This document shows, piece by piece, positions 43,482 to 52,500 of a DNA stretch of 64,000 bases. Position numbers and translations under genes: made by a program. The stretch's first letter is position 1. Each line of letters starts with the position of its first letter. Source of the DNA: Candidatus Zhuqueibacterota bacterium (GTDB lineage Bacteria; Zhuqueibacterota; Zhuqueibacteria; Oceanimicrobiales; Oceanimicrobiaceae); NCBI GenBank assembly GCA_029262055.1, contig JAJDAD010000036.1:26772-90771 (forward strand), read 5' to 3'. Under the pieces are notes generated by a model. That model did no database searches and was not told the origin of the DNA. It saw only the letters and a list, made by a program, of their open reading frames with translations.

Positions 43482-45413
43482 CTAACGGTATTGTGCGCCC
43501 AGATCTATCCAGTTCAGTATTTGTCGTAACTCGGTATCCGCTAGGGTATTTTCGGCATCCGGGTGGCGCCCGCCTCCCTGAAACTCCTCGATGCCCAACA
43601 GTTTGTCAGCCAGTCTGCTGCGCCTGGAAAAGGGCGCCCGTACCAGGCCGTCGCCACGCATGAGATTGACATAGCCAATTGAGAACGTTTCCTGCTCAAT
43701 GGATTTTTCCAGCGCAAGATCGAGATTGGCAGCGGGCGTTGCGCCGGAATGGCAGGACAGACATTTTGCCGCGACGATTGCCTCGATGGCAGCGCCGTAG
43801 CTGACGTCTTCCCTGTCGGAGAGGGCGACATTCAAATCTGTCGGCGGGAAATTGTCCGCCATCGGGACGCTGTTTCCGGGAGCCTGTCCCCGCGGGCCGT
43901 GACAGCCGGTACACTTGGTGAACTGCTCGCCCGGCCGGACCGTAACCCAATTGCGTTTCACCACGAGCGCCCGCCCGAGTGAATCAACCGTGTTAAAGGA
44001 CAACGGAATGTTGCTCGGCACCCGTATTTTGAACGAACCGTCCGCCTGCACCGGCGCGAACCCGATGATGCGCTTCTGCTCGAAGTTGGTCATCCCGACC
44101 GCCCGGCGATCATTTTTCGGGACCGGAATGCCTTCGATCACCAGGACTTGTTTTACTTCCTGAATAGACTGATCGGGCCGCACCTGGCCATCACCGTCTT
44201 GCCGGAAGTAGACGTTTCTCACCAGGAAAACGCCCGAGTCCTGGCTTTTGTCCAGCTCGGATGGGATGACCGGCGGGATAGGACGGTCGCCAATCACAAC
44301 CGCGTCCAGCTCGTGAAAATCCGGATCATTGTAAAGCAGGCGCAGATCACTGCCGTCCGTCGCGATGGTGTAGAGTCCGTAGTCGGGTGCAATTTCTTCA
44401 ATGATGTTGTCGTTTCCGTCTTTGAACGTCCCGAAACGGGGCGAGTATGAAACCACCAGTCTCTCGTCCGCCGGGACCGGATGCGGATATTTGAAAGCCC
44501 CTTTTTCATAGGGCGGCCCATTGGTTTCGATATCGGGCGTGATATTGAGGAAGTCTCCGTCCGCCTCCGGCTCGCCGGCCGCAGTCGTTTTTTTGACGAT
44601 AACGATGGGCCCACGGTCGCCATTGACCATGGCTGAGTGAACCGCGACGATCCGGTTGTCGGCCATCTCGCGGGGATGAAAGAAACTGCGCTTGCGATGC
44701 GGGCTGAAGAAAGTGAACGTGCCGTGCCCGTCCGGGTTGGTGAAGAACAGGGGAAAGCGGTTTATCGGGCCATGGTGCTCCCAGCGCGTGTAGAGGATTC
44801 TGCCATCAGACATCACGATTGGATCAAAGTCGTCACTGGCGTTGAATGAGATGCATTCGACATTGGAGCCGTCCGAGTCCATCACATGCATGACCTCAAC
44901 GGGCTGCCGGTTGTACTCATCCCGGAAGTCCGGCCGGTTGGACGTGAACAGGATTTTGCCGTTGGGCAGGTAGACCGGATCGAAATCGTCCTGACCCGGC
45001 TCAAAAGTCAGTTGCCGCAGGTTGGAGCCGTCCACATTCATTTCATAGATGTTGAAACTGTCGCTCCGGTTGCGGCGCATGGAGAACATCACCCGCAGGC
45101 CGTCGAATGAGATTTCCGGATCGCAAACGTCGCCATCTGCCAGCTTGGTCAGGTTGGTGAGCTTCCCGCTTGGCGAGGCCGGGATTAAAGAAAACAGGTT
45201 CCCGCCCGCTGAAAAGCGATTCAGAGTATTTGTGCGCGTAGCTTTCACGAAAATAATCCCTGTGGGCGACTCCTGTTGAATGAGATCGTCCGGCAGGCCG
45301 CCCTGACAAGCGAAGTGGGTCGCGCCCACCATAATAAGGAAAGCCTGCAGCCATTTTGTAGTTCTGCAAAGACCATGTTGTTCTTTTCCCGGATGTCGAT
45401 GCAAGCTGTTCAA
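43482..45413 (-). CDS. TolB-like (PD40/WD40-like) beta-propeller fused to a C-terminal dihaem c-type cytochrome domain
   Basis: PD40-like repeats (DFDPVYLPNGKILFTSNR, DFDPIVMSDGRILYTRWE). Two CxxCH haem-binding motifs near the C-terminus (CTGCHGP and CLSCHSG). Possible lipoprotein signal (LIMVGATHFAC). Confidence 0.7.
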   Translation of the reverse strand: MNSLHRHPGKEQHGLCRTTKWLQAFLIMVGATHFACQGGLPDDLIQQESPTGIIFVKATRTNTLNRFSAGGNLFSLIPASPSGKLTNLTKLADGDVCDPEISFDGLRVMFSMRRNRSDSFNIYEMNVDGSNLRQLTFEPGQDDFDPVYLPNGKILFTSNRPDFRDEYNRQPVEVMHVMDSDGSNVECISFNASDDFDPIVMSDGRILYTRWEHHGPINRFPLFFTNPDGHGTFTFFSPHRKRSFFHPREMADNRIVAVHSAMVNGDRGPIVIVKKTTAAGEPEADGDFLNITPDIETNGPPYEKGAFKYPHPVPADERLVVSYSPRFGTFKDGNDNIIEEIAPDYGLYTIATDGSDLRLLYNDPDFHELDAVVIGDRPIPPVIPSELDKSQDSGVFLVRNVYFRQDGDGQVRPDQSIQEVKQVLVIEGIPVPKNDRRAVGMTNFEQKRIIGFAPVQADGSFKIRVPSNIPLSFNTVDSLGRALVVKRNWVTVRPGEQFTKCTGCHGPRGQAPGNSVPMADNFPPTDLNVALSDREDVSYGAAIEAIVAAKCLSCHSGATPAANLDLALEKSIEQETFSIGYVNLMRGDGLVRAPFSRRSRLADKLLGIEEFQGGGRHPDAENTLADTELRQILNWIDLGAQYR

Positions 45414-45434
45414 AACGTCGTCCCTGGCTTAGTT

Positions 45435-45980
45435 CTATTGCAGATAAAATGAAATACCGAGCGAAATCTCCAGGTTGTTGTTGGTCCAGGATGTGTTACC
45501 CTGCCCGCTGGAGAAGATGTAGTCGTTGATTTCGTAGCGCAGAAAGGTCGAGCGCCCGATGGGAAACTTCGTTCCCAAGCCAATATTGAAAGTCAGATTA
45601 GATTCTGAATGCTGTCTGGTGATGCCCAGGCCCGCGACCAGATACGGTATGACGGCCCCGAATGGGTGCGAGTGCGTGACTCTGCCGTTGTAGTAAATCA
45701 CGGTAGAACTGCCCTGCTCCGGCGCTGCCAGCCCTGCCTGCTGAAAGAAATCCTGCCCGGCTTTGGCAAAGCCGAGAGCAGCGCCAAAGGCCAGCCGTTC
45801 GTCGAAATGGTGTTCGTAGCGCAGTCCCAGGGCCAGCGAGTTCTGGAAACGGTCAGGGGCATAGAAACCACTGAACAAGAAGATCTCGTGGTCAGTTGCG
45901 GGCTGTGCGGCAAGCGACGGGCATAAGCCGAGCGCGACCAGGTGCGATAGCAGGAGGAGGTTTCTACGTGTCTTTCTCAT
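45435..45980 (-). CDS. outer-membrane beta-barrel protein (OmpW/PorT-like OMP_b-brl family)
   Basis: Signal peptide LLLLSHLVALGLCPSLAAQ. Short alternating strands ending ...LEISLGISFYLQ. Confidence 0.6.
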   Translation of the reverse strand: MRKTRRNLLLLSHLVALGLCPSLAAQPATDHEIFLFSGFYAPDRFQNSLALGLRYEHHFDERLAFGAALGFAKAGQDFFQQAGLAAPEQGSSTVIYYNGRVTHSHPFGAVIPYLVAGLGITRQHSESNLTFNIGLGTKFPIGRSTFLRYEINDYIFSSGQGNTSWTNNNLEISLGISFYLQ

Positions 45981-45982
45981 GT

Positions 45983-46855
45983 TCAGTCCCAAAATGTCCC
46001 GACCAGAAGGCCGACCGTGACTTCTCTGAAGTTGTTAATCCCCTTGCCGACGAACACCGTATACTGCGAGATATTTGCCAAGAGAGACATCCGCCTGCTG
46101 AGACGCTTTCTGGCGCCGAGGCCGTAGTTGAGCGCCATGTGGGAGACGCCCCGACTGTCAACGCTTCTTTCGGGTACGGTATTGATGACGCCGAGGCCGC
46201 CGGTGACAAAAGGCAAGAAATCCCGCCCTTGCGACCGTGACAACAGATAAGACAGATTCGCCATCATCAAATAAGAGCTGGCTGCGTTCCCCAGCGCATG
46301 CTTGAACGAACCTTCCAAAGCAAGCCTTGGCGTTTGATGAAAAATAAATTTCCAGTTGTAGGTGAAATCGGTTTCGAGCATGCCAATACCGAATGTATAG
46401 CCGAATCTGCGGTAGTGCCTGTTTTTCTGCAACAGCGTGTTCCGGTTCTGTATCAGGTCAGCCGCCTCAGGCCGATTTTGCGGGAGTGAGGTCCCGTTTA
46501 CTGATGCGTCCCGGTTTTGCTGGCCAGGAGCGTTGCTCCGTCTACTCGTGGTCTCTTTGGCCGTCGCCGTGCTTTCCGGGAGCAGGAGCCAGCCCTTTTT
46601 GCCACCTCGCGCTTGAACCTTGACCCAGTTGTTGCGTTGCCCCAGGACGCGAATGGTATCCCCTTTGGCGAGGACTTGCACCACCGGTTGCTCTTTAGCT
46701 GGCAATGCGTAGACTTTGACGCCATCTTTGGCGATGCGTGCGTGCTGCGCCAGCGCCCCATGGGTCGTGACCAGGGTCCCGGCTGAAAAAAGTAGCGCCC
46801 TAATCAGGGTATGTGGTTTAGTTACGGTCATTTGTGAAAGATATCTCATGCTCAA
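45983..46855 (-). CDS. SH3b-domain plus outer-membrane beta-barrel protein
   Basis: N-terminal bacterial SH3-like segment (KDGVKVYALPAKEQPVVQVLAKGDTIRVLGQRNNWVKVQARGGKKGWL). C-terminal beta-barrel-like region ending ...VGLLVGTFWD. Confidence 0.55.
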   Translation of the reverse strand: MSMRYLSQMTVTKPHTLIRALLFSAGTLVTTHGALAQHARIAKDGVKVYALPAKEQPVVQVLAKGDTIRVLGQRNNWVKVQARGGKKGWLLLPESTATAKETTSRRSNAPGQQNRDASVNGTSLPQNRPEAADLIQNRNTLLQKNRHYRRFGYTFGIGMLETDFTYNWKFIFHQTPRLALEGSFKHALGNAASSYLMMANLSYLLSRSQGRDFLPFVTGGLGVINTVPERSVDSRGVSHMALNYGLGARKRLSRRMSLLANISQYTVFVGKGINNFREVTVGLLVGTFWD

Positions 46856-47478
46856 AACCGGACTGACAGGCCAAGACCGAGGAACGTGGCGCTGGCCCAG
46901 GTCTGTCCCGTGACCTCACCGGCAGCGATTCGATTCATCCGAAAGAAGGACTTATCAACGTGAAAGACAGCATCCCAGACACTGCTAATCGCAACATGGA
47001 GACCGGCCCCCAAAGTCATCGCAAGCTTATGCTCGGTTGCAGGTTCGTTTGTAAGCGTTCTGCCAGCTCCAAGTGGTAAGACTGATTTTCCCGGATTCAA
47101 AACCAGGCCACCTGCTCCGGCCTTTACGAAAGGCCGCACTGTCGCCAGGGTGGTTCCGGGTTTAATCAAGGTCAGATTCATGTTGTACTTGTATACCATC
47201 AGGTCTGTGTTTATTTTAGATATCGCTGTTGTAGTTCTTTGCCGGTTCGGGTTCGCTGAGAAGCTCATTCCAAGTCGAAGAAAGTTCCTGATTCCGTAGT
47301 CCACTGCCAACTTGATGGACAGGCCATTTACGGCCGGTAGTGACTTACTGTATGAAGTGAATCCCAGGGAACCCTCGACCGCCACCCTGTCTTTGCCGCC
47401 CTGACTGAAACCCGGGGCAACTGGCGTCAAAGCAAAGATGCAAGCGCAGAGGCCGAGCTTGCTAAACCGGAGATTCAC
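46852..47478 (-). CDS. outer-membrane beta-barrel protein (OMP_b-brl family)
   Basis: Signal peptide CACIFALTPVAPGFSQG. Ends ...ATFLGLGLSVRF with a C-terminal Phe. 4 nt overlap with the downstream paralog. Confidence 0.6.
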   Translation of the reverse strand: MNLRFSKLGLCACIFALTPVAPGFSQGGKDRVAVEGSLGFTSYSKSLPAVNGLSIKLAVDYGIRNFLRLGMSFSANPNRQRTTTAISKINTDLMVYKYNMNLTLIKPGTTLATVRPFVKAGAGGLVLNPGKSVLPLGAGRTLTNEPATEHKLAMTLGAGLHVAISSVWDAVFHVDKSFFRMNRIAAGEVTGQTWASATFLGLGLSVRF

Positions 47479-47777
47479 CAGTGCATTTAATGTAATTTAT
47501 TCCCCTTGGTAGGTGGCCATAGAAAGTCAATGCGGTTTATCACGGCAAGGAGTATGCCATTGTTTGATTTGTTCGCTTTTCGTAATTTTTATGCGTAATT
47601 CTGACCGCAAGCTGCCCGATGCGTACCGATAGCGTGACACGGGTTGGTAAATTTTTGCCCAATCTGGCTGAAAAGCGAGCAGTAGGCGCAGCAAAGCCTT
47701 TCTATATTTCACGATGAGGCCGTGATTTTGTGTGTTTCGATGAATGTGGGGAGAAATTCCACTATTACCTGCAGGAG

Positions 47778-49334
47778 ATGATGGCACGGATCAGTTTAGT
47801 TACCGCGTTGTTCGGTCTCATGCTTTGGCAGCCGTGTATTCTGTTGAGCAAGGATATGTTCCGGGCCTTCGACCTACCTTGCAGCGGAAAATTCCTTCGT
47901 TATCATATCGAAGATTTGAATAATGATGGTCTGAAGGACCTGATGTTGCTGCAACGGCGAGGCGTCGCCGGCGAGTCCACACGGTCGATTTCTATTTTTA
48001 CGCAGCGGGCAGACGGGTTTGCGGTAACCGCCCTGCAGGAATTCGAACTCGACGACAGCACCGTCCTGTTCGATGTCGGTGATGTTACCGGTGACGGGAC
48101 TAAGGAGTTTGTGTTCATCACGCCGGGTTCGGTGCAGTTTTATTCCTGGACCGAGGCGGGCTTTGCTCTGTCAGCGATTCCTTTGTTGCGCCGCGAGTCT
48201 GCTTTCATGCTGCATGACATGAACTCTACCGTCACCTTCGATTTTGTCCGAGATGTTAATGGTCAGGGCCCGGATGAAGTTTTTATTCCCGGCATCAGGC
48301 AGGCGAGCATTTTCTACTGGATGGAGTCGCAATGGCAGGAGCACCATCTGGCATTGCGGGCTGACGTCGATTATGGCGTGGGCTTCAACGGCCGTTTTTC
48401 GGCCGGGGCTCGCGCAATAGCCGCGTACGCAACTCCCTACATCACGTGGCAGGACTTCAACAGGGATAATCAAGAGGATCTGGTTGCGATTTACCGTGAC
48501 AGTTTGGTCGTCTTATGTCAGAACGCGGACGGGATCATTACCGACTCGCTACGCTTTCAAACTCCTCTGGACTACGGCGAGATTTGGCAAGGAGACAAGA
48601 TCCACAGAACCAGAATAGGAGACGACAGCGTGCGCCGCTACCTGATGCGCGTGATCGATCTTAACAATGATGGCCTTCTGGATATCGTTGCCTCCCGCGT
48701 TTCCACGGAAGAGAGTATCATGAACCCCACGACCGAACTGATGATTCATTTTGGCAGGCCGGTGTCATTGGATTCAGGAAGGGGATTGTCATTCAGCGCC
48801 GTGCCGGATCAGGTCGTGCGACCTGTCGGGACCCAGTTGGTTCTGGATATTTTGGACCTGAATCAGGATGGCCGCTACGATTTGCTCGTTCCGGCGGTCC
48901 GGGTTGGGCTCGCCAATTTGGTCCGGATGTTGCTGACCAAGAGCCTGGTAATCGAGAATAGCGGCTATATCATGGATGAAAAGAACACCTACCCGGACAA
49001 ACCTGATTTCAAGACCAAGTTACGAATGAAGTTTTCTTACAGTGGTGGCGCCACTTCGCCGGTTTATGAAGTTGCGGATTTTACCGGAGATGGCCGTCTG
49101 GATATGATGAGCAGCGAAACCAACAGGCTCGTTCTGTTTCCGGGTCAGGCAGGGGGGGCTTTCAGTTCCACGGTTGCGCGAAGGCAGGATATTGTTCTGC
49201 CTCAGGATGGAGAACTGGTGACCGCCCTGCACATAAATGGTGACGCAAAGGCCGACCTGCTGATCAAATACAATGACGATGCCAGGATAAGACCGGAATT
49301 TCGGAATCTAATTCGAATTCTCTTGGCCAATTGA
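47778..49334 (+). CDS. FG-GAP/VCBS repeat (integrin-alpha-like beta-propeller) secreted protein
   Basis: Signal peptide MMARISLVTALFGLMLW. Repeats DLNNDGLKDLML, GDVTGDGTKEFVF, DLNNDGLLDIVAS, DLNQDGRYDLLV, DFTGDGRLDMMS, INGDAKADLLI. Confidence 0.7.
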   Translation: MMARISLVTALFGLMLWQPCILLSKDMFRAFDLPCSGKFLRYHIEDLNNDGLKDLMLLQRRGVAGESTRSISIFTQRADGFAVTALQEFELDDSTVLFDVGDVTGDGTKEFVFITPGSVQFYSWTEAGFALSAIPLLRRESAFMLHDMNSTVTFDFVRDVNGQGPDEVFIPGIRQASIFYWMESQWQEHHLALRADVDYGVGFNGRFSAGARAIAAYATPYITWQDFNRDNQEDLVAIYRDSLVVLCQNADGIITDSLRFQTPLDYGEIWQGDKIHRTRIGDDSVRRYLMRVIDLNNDGLLDIVASRVSTEESIMNPTTELMIHFGRPVSLDSGRGLSFSAVPDQVVRPVGTQLVLDILDLNQDGRYDLLVPAVRVGLANLVRMLLTKSLVIENSGYIMDEKNTYPDKPDFKTKLRMKFSYSGGATSPVYEVADFTGDGRLDMMSSETNRLVLFPGQAGGAFSSTVARRQDIVLPQDGELVTALHINGDAKADLLIKYNDDARIRPEFRNLIRILLAN

Positions 49335-49505
49335 AGCGTCTTGCTAACAAATAGTAACAGTTTTGGCGTAAACGTCTTGACAATTTTTGCGAAAATACTA
49401 TATTTATTGCCATATTTGTATTTTCCTCACAAAACATAGAGAATTTCGGATGTGTTCTATTGCGCCGTTTAGATTCTCTCACCTTGAGGCAGACCCGTTT
49501 CTAAA

Positions 49506-52500
49506 ATGAAGAACAGTAAATTGAATGGTACCTTGCGGGGCATTGCGTGGTTTTCTTGCAGTCTGTGTGCGGCGCTAGCGCCATTTACTGCTTTCGCGCA
49601 GTGGTCTGATGATCCGGCCACCAACAATGCCATCGGTGTAGCCGGAAACACGCGCCAGGTCGCGCCCCAAATCCTGAGTGATGGCAATCATGGGGCTATT
49701 ATCGTCTGGGCGGACGAACGCAATATCGACAGCGATCTTTATGGACAACGCCTCGACGCATCGGGCACAGCGGCCTGGTCTGGAACCGGCCTCCGGCTCA
49801 CGCTGGGAGAAGGGCGGCAGGAATGTCCCGCACTCGTCGCTCATGCCGGCGGTATTGTCATAGCCTGGAGAGACAGCCGCACCAATTCATCGATAAATGA
49901 GATTTTTGTGCAAAAGTTTAACCTGGCCGGTCAATCACTCTGGGCTTTTCCAACGCTTGCGCACCAGGCCAACAACTTTGCCCCGGCCGTGCTGGTAAGC
50001 AGCCAATCAGGGATCATTACTGCCTCTTACACAAGCTCACTGTTTGACGATGTCATCAGCCTGCAAATCATTGATGGTGACGGCATGCCGCGTTTCTTTC
50101 CGCAACAGCGAATCATCAACAACAACGCGCAAGGCAGGCAGCCGAATCTGCCGCCGACCGTTGCTCCAGGCTTGGGCGGCGGCGTAATTGCTTCTTGGGT
50201 CGACAGCAGAAACGACACTACCCTATTCGTCAGCGGCTTGTCAAGCGCGGGTAGCATTTGGAGCGCAGGAGAAGTGGCTGTCGGTGAGGCCGTCACCAGT
50301 GGTACCGTTCCGGCAATCATCCAGGACGGCAACGAAGGGGCAATTGTCATTTGGCTGCAGCCATCTGGCCCGGGAACGGATGACCTCAAGGCCAGCCGCC
50401 TGGACCGGGACGGTTCACAAGTCTGGTCGCCGCCGGTTCGGACCATCGCAAGCAGTTCCGGAAAAAAACAGAATCTACGGGCCGTCGACATTGGTGGAGG
50501 TGCAGCGTATCTGGTTTGGCAGAATTCAGTGGAAGGTAACAATCGTATCTTCGGACAGCGGTTGGCCAATGATGGCAGCGCCTGGGGCAGCGACGTTCAG
50601 CTCGCACTCAATGCGGGCAATCAAGTCAACCCGGACCTGGCAATCGATCTTGACGGTGAGGCCCTGGTCACCTGGGAGGATGACCGCAATATAGACGTCG
50701 ATATTTATGCTCAGTCCCTGGATCCGTCCGGAGCCCGCAAGTGGACTGAGACGGGCGTAGCGGTTTCCACAGCTACGGGTACCCAGCAAATGGCAGCCAT
50801 CACCAATGATGGGCTCGGCGGCGCCATCGTGACCTGGGAAGACCACCGGACTGGCGATCCGGATGTCTTCGCGCAGCGGGTCAGCAAAACCGGCGTCCTT
50901 GGCGAGTTCCGTACGTTGACAATCATGACGGCGCTGCGCAACGCTGCCTGGGAAGTCGGTAGCTCAAGAACGATCTCCTGGACCGCCACTGCGGAGATCG
51001 ATAGTGTTAGAATCGAGCTGTCGCGCGACGGCGGCCAGACTTACGACCTTCTTTTCGATGCCCTGCCAAACAGCACGCCTGAAAATAATCGTGTCACGAT
51101 TTCGATTCCGGGCCCGGCCGCCGCGCAAGCCGTCCTGCGGCTTTCCGTGGTCGAGGCGCCCTTTATCCGGAGTGAAAGCGAAGTGTTTACGCTGACCGCA
51201 CCGGTCGGCCCGGAAGTGAATCTAACCCCGGTTTCCGTGGCTTCTGCTGGTGACTCGCTAGCAGTTGTGGCATCAGCCACTGACTTGAGCGGCGTACAGG
51301 AGTTACGGCTGACTTTTCGCCGCGGCGGTGCCGGACGCTTTGATTCCGTACAGATGGAGCGCACCGGCCCGGGTCAATTTGCCGGGCAGATCCCGGGCGG
51401 CTTTGTGACGGAAAGAGGACTCGAATACTACATTGCCGCAACGGACAGCATTGGCTCAGTCAGCAACTCCGACACTTTTTCTACTGTGGTTAGCTTTACC
51501 GCCGGCGTTCAAAGTGCCGGTCTCACGCGTGGATTTGAGCAGTCTTCGTATTCGATGCTTGCGGCGCCCAACCTGCTGGTTCAGCCCCGGGTAGATTCGA
51601 TATTTGCCGCTTCAGGGTTCGGGGCGCCCGACACGACTAGTTGGCGATTGTTTGAATACCAGGACAGCACCAACGTCGAGCTGGATTCCCTAAACGGAGG
51701 CTCATTTCACTTCGACCCGGGTAAGGCGTACTGGGTCATTTCCGCAGAGAACAGGACGGTCAATTTTGGTAGCGGCAGGTCGCTACCGCCGGATGACGAT
51801 GCCTCGGTGGCGCTTACCCCTGGCTGGAATCAGGTGGCAAACCCGTTTGCGTTTTCCGTCTCCTGGGACGATGTCGTGGTGGCCAGCGGCGATCCGCTGG
51901 TTAGCCGGCCGTATGCGTTTCGCGGCACGTACGTGCAGGCGGATGTGCTTACTCCGTACGAAGGATATTTTGTCTTCAATTTTGAGAGCCAGAACGTGGA
52001 ATTGCTTTTTCCACCGGTGGAGGCGGCCGATGATGACAGCACTCTCAGCAAACTCACATTCGCCCCGGGCTGGGAACTGCAGATAGAAGCAAGCTGCAAG
52101 CATGCAGCAGATTCTCAGAATTTTCTCGGCGTCCATCAAGACGCAGCAGTTGAATGGGATCGTTTAGATCAACCGGAGCCGCCGACCATCGGTGAATTCG
52201 TTTCCGTCTACTTCCCACATGACGACTGGCAGAGATTCTCCAACAACTACAACTCCGATTATCGTCCTCAAATTGAAACTGGGACCTCATGGACTTTTGT
52301 CGCCAGGAGCAACATAAGAAACGCTGAAGTAAAACTTGAGTTTAGTGGCCTGGAGAAATTGCCAGCTGGTCTGAAAGTCATGCTCTACGATCCCACATTA
52401 AATTTTTCATCCGACCTGGCAGGTTCTTCCACTTTTAGCTTTGCCAGCGGCGCGCGTGGCGTCGAAAAATCGTTCACGCTCCTGGTCGGAACCACTGAAT

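Noticed and set aside
50027-50694. ORFs on both strands inside 49506..52817 (180 aa minus, 168 aa plus)
   Set aside because: They are embedded in the giant T9SS gene. The + strand one is in a different frame from the true gene and lacks motifs.
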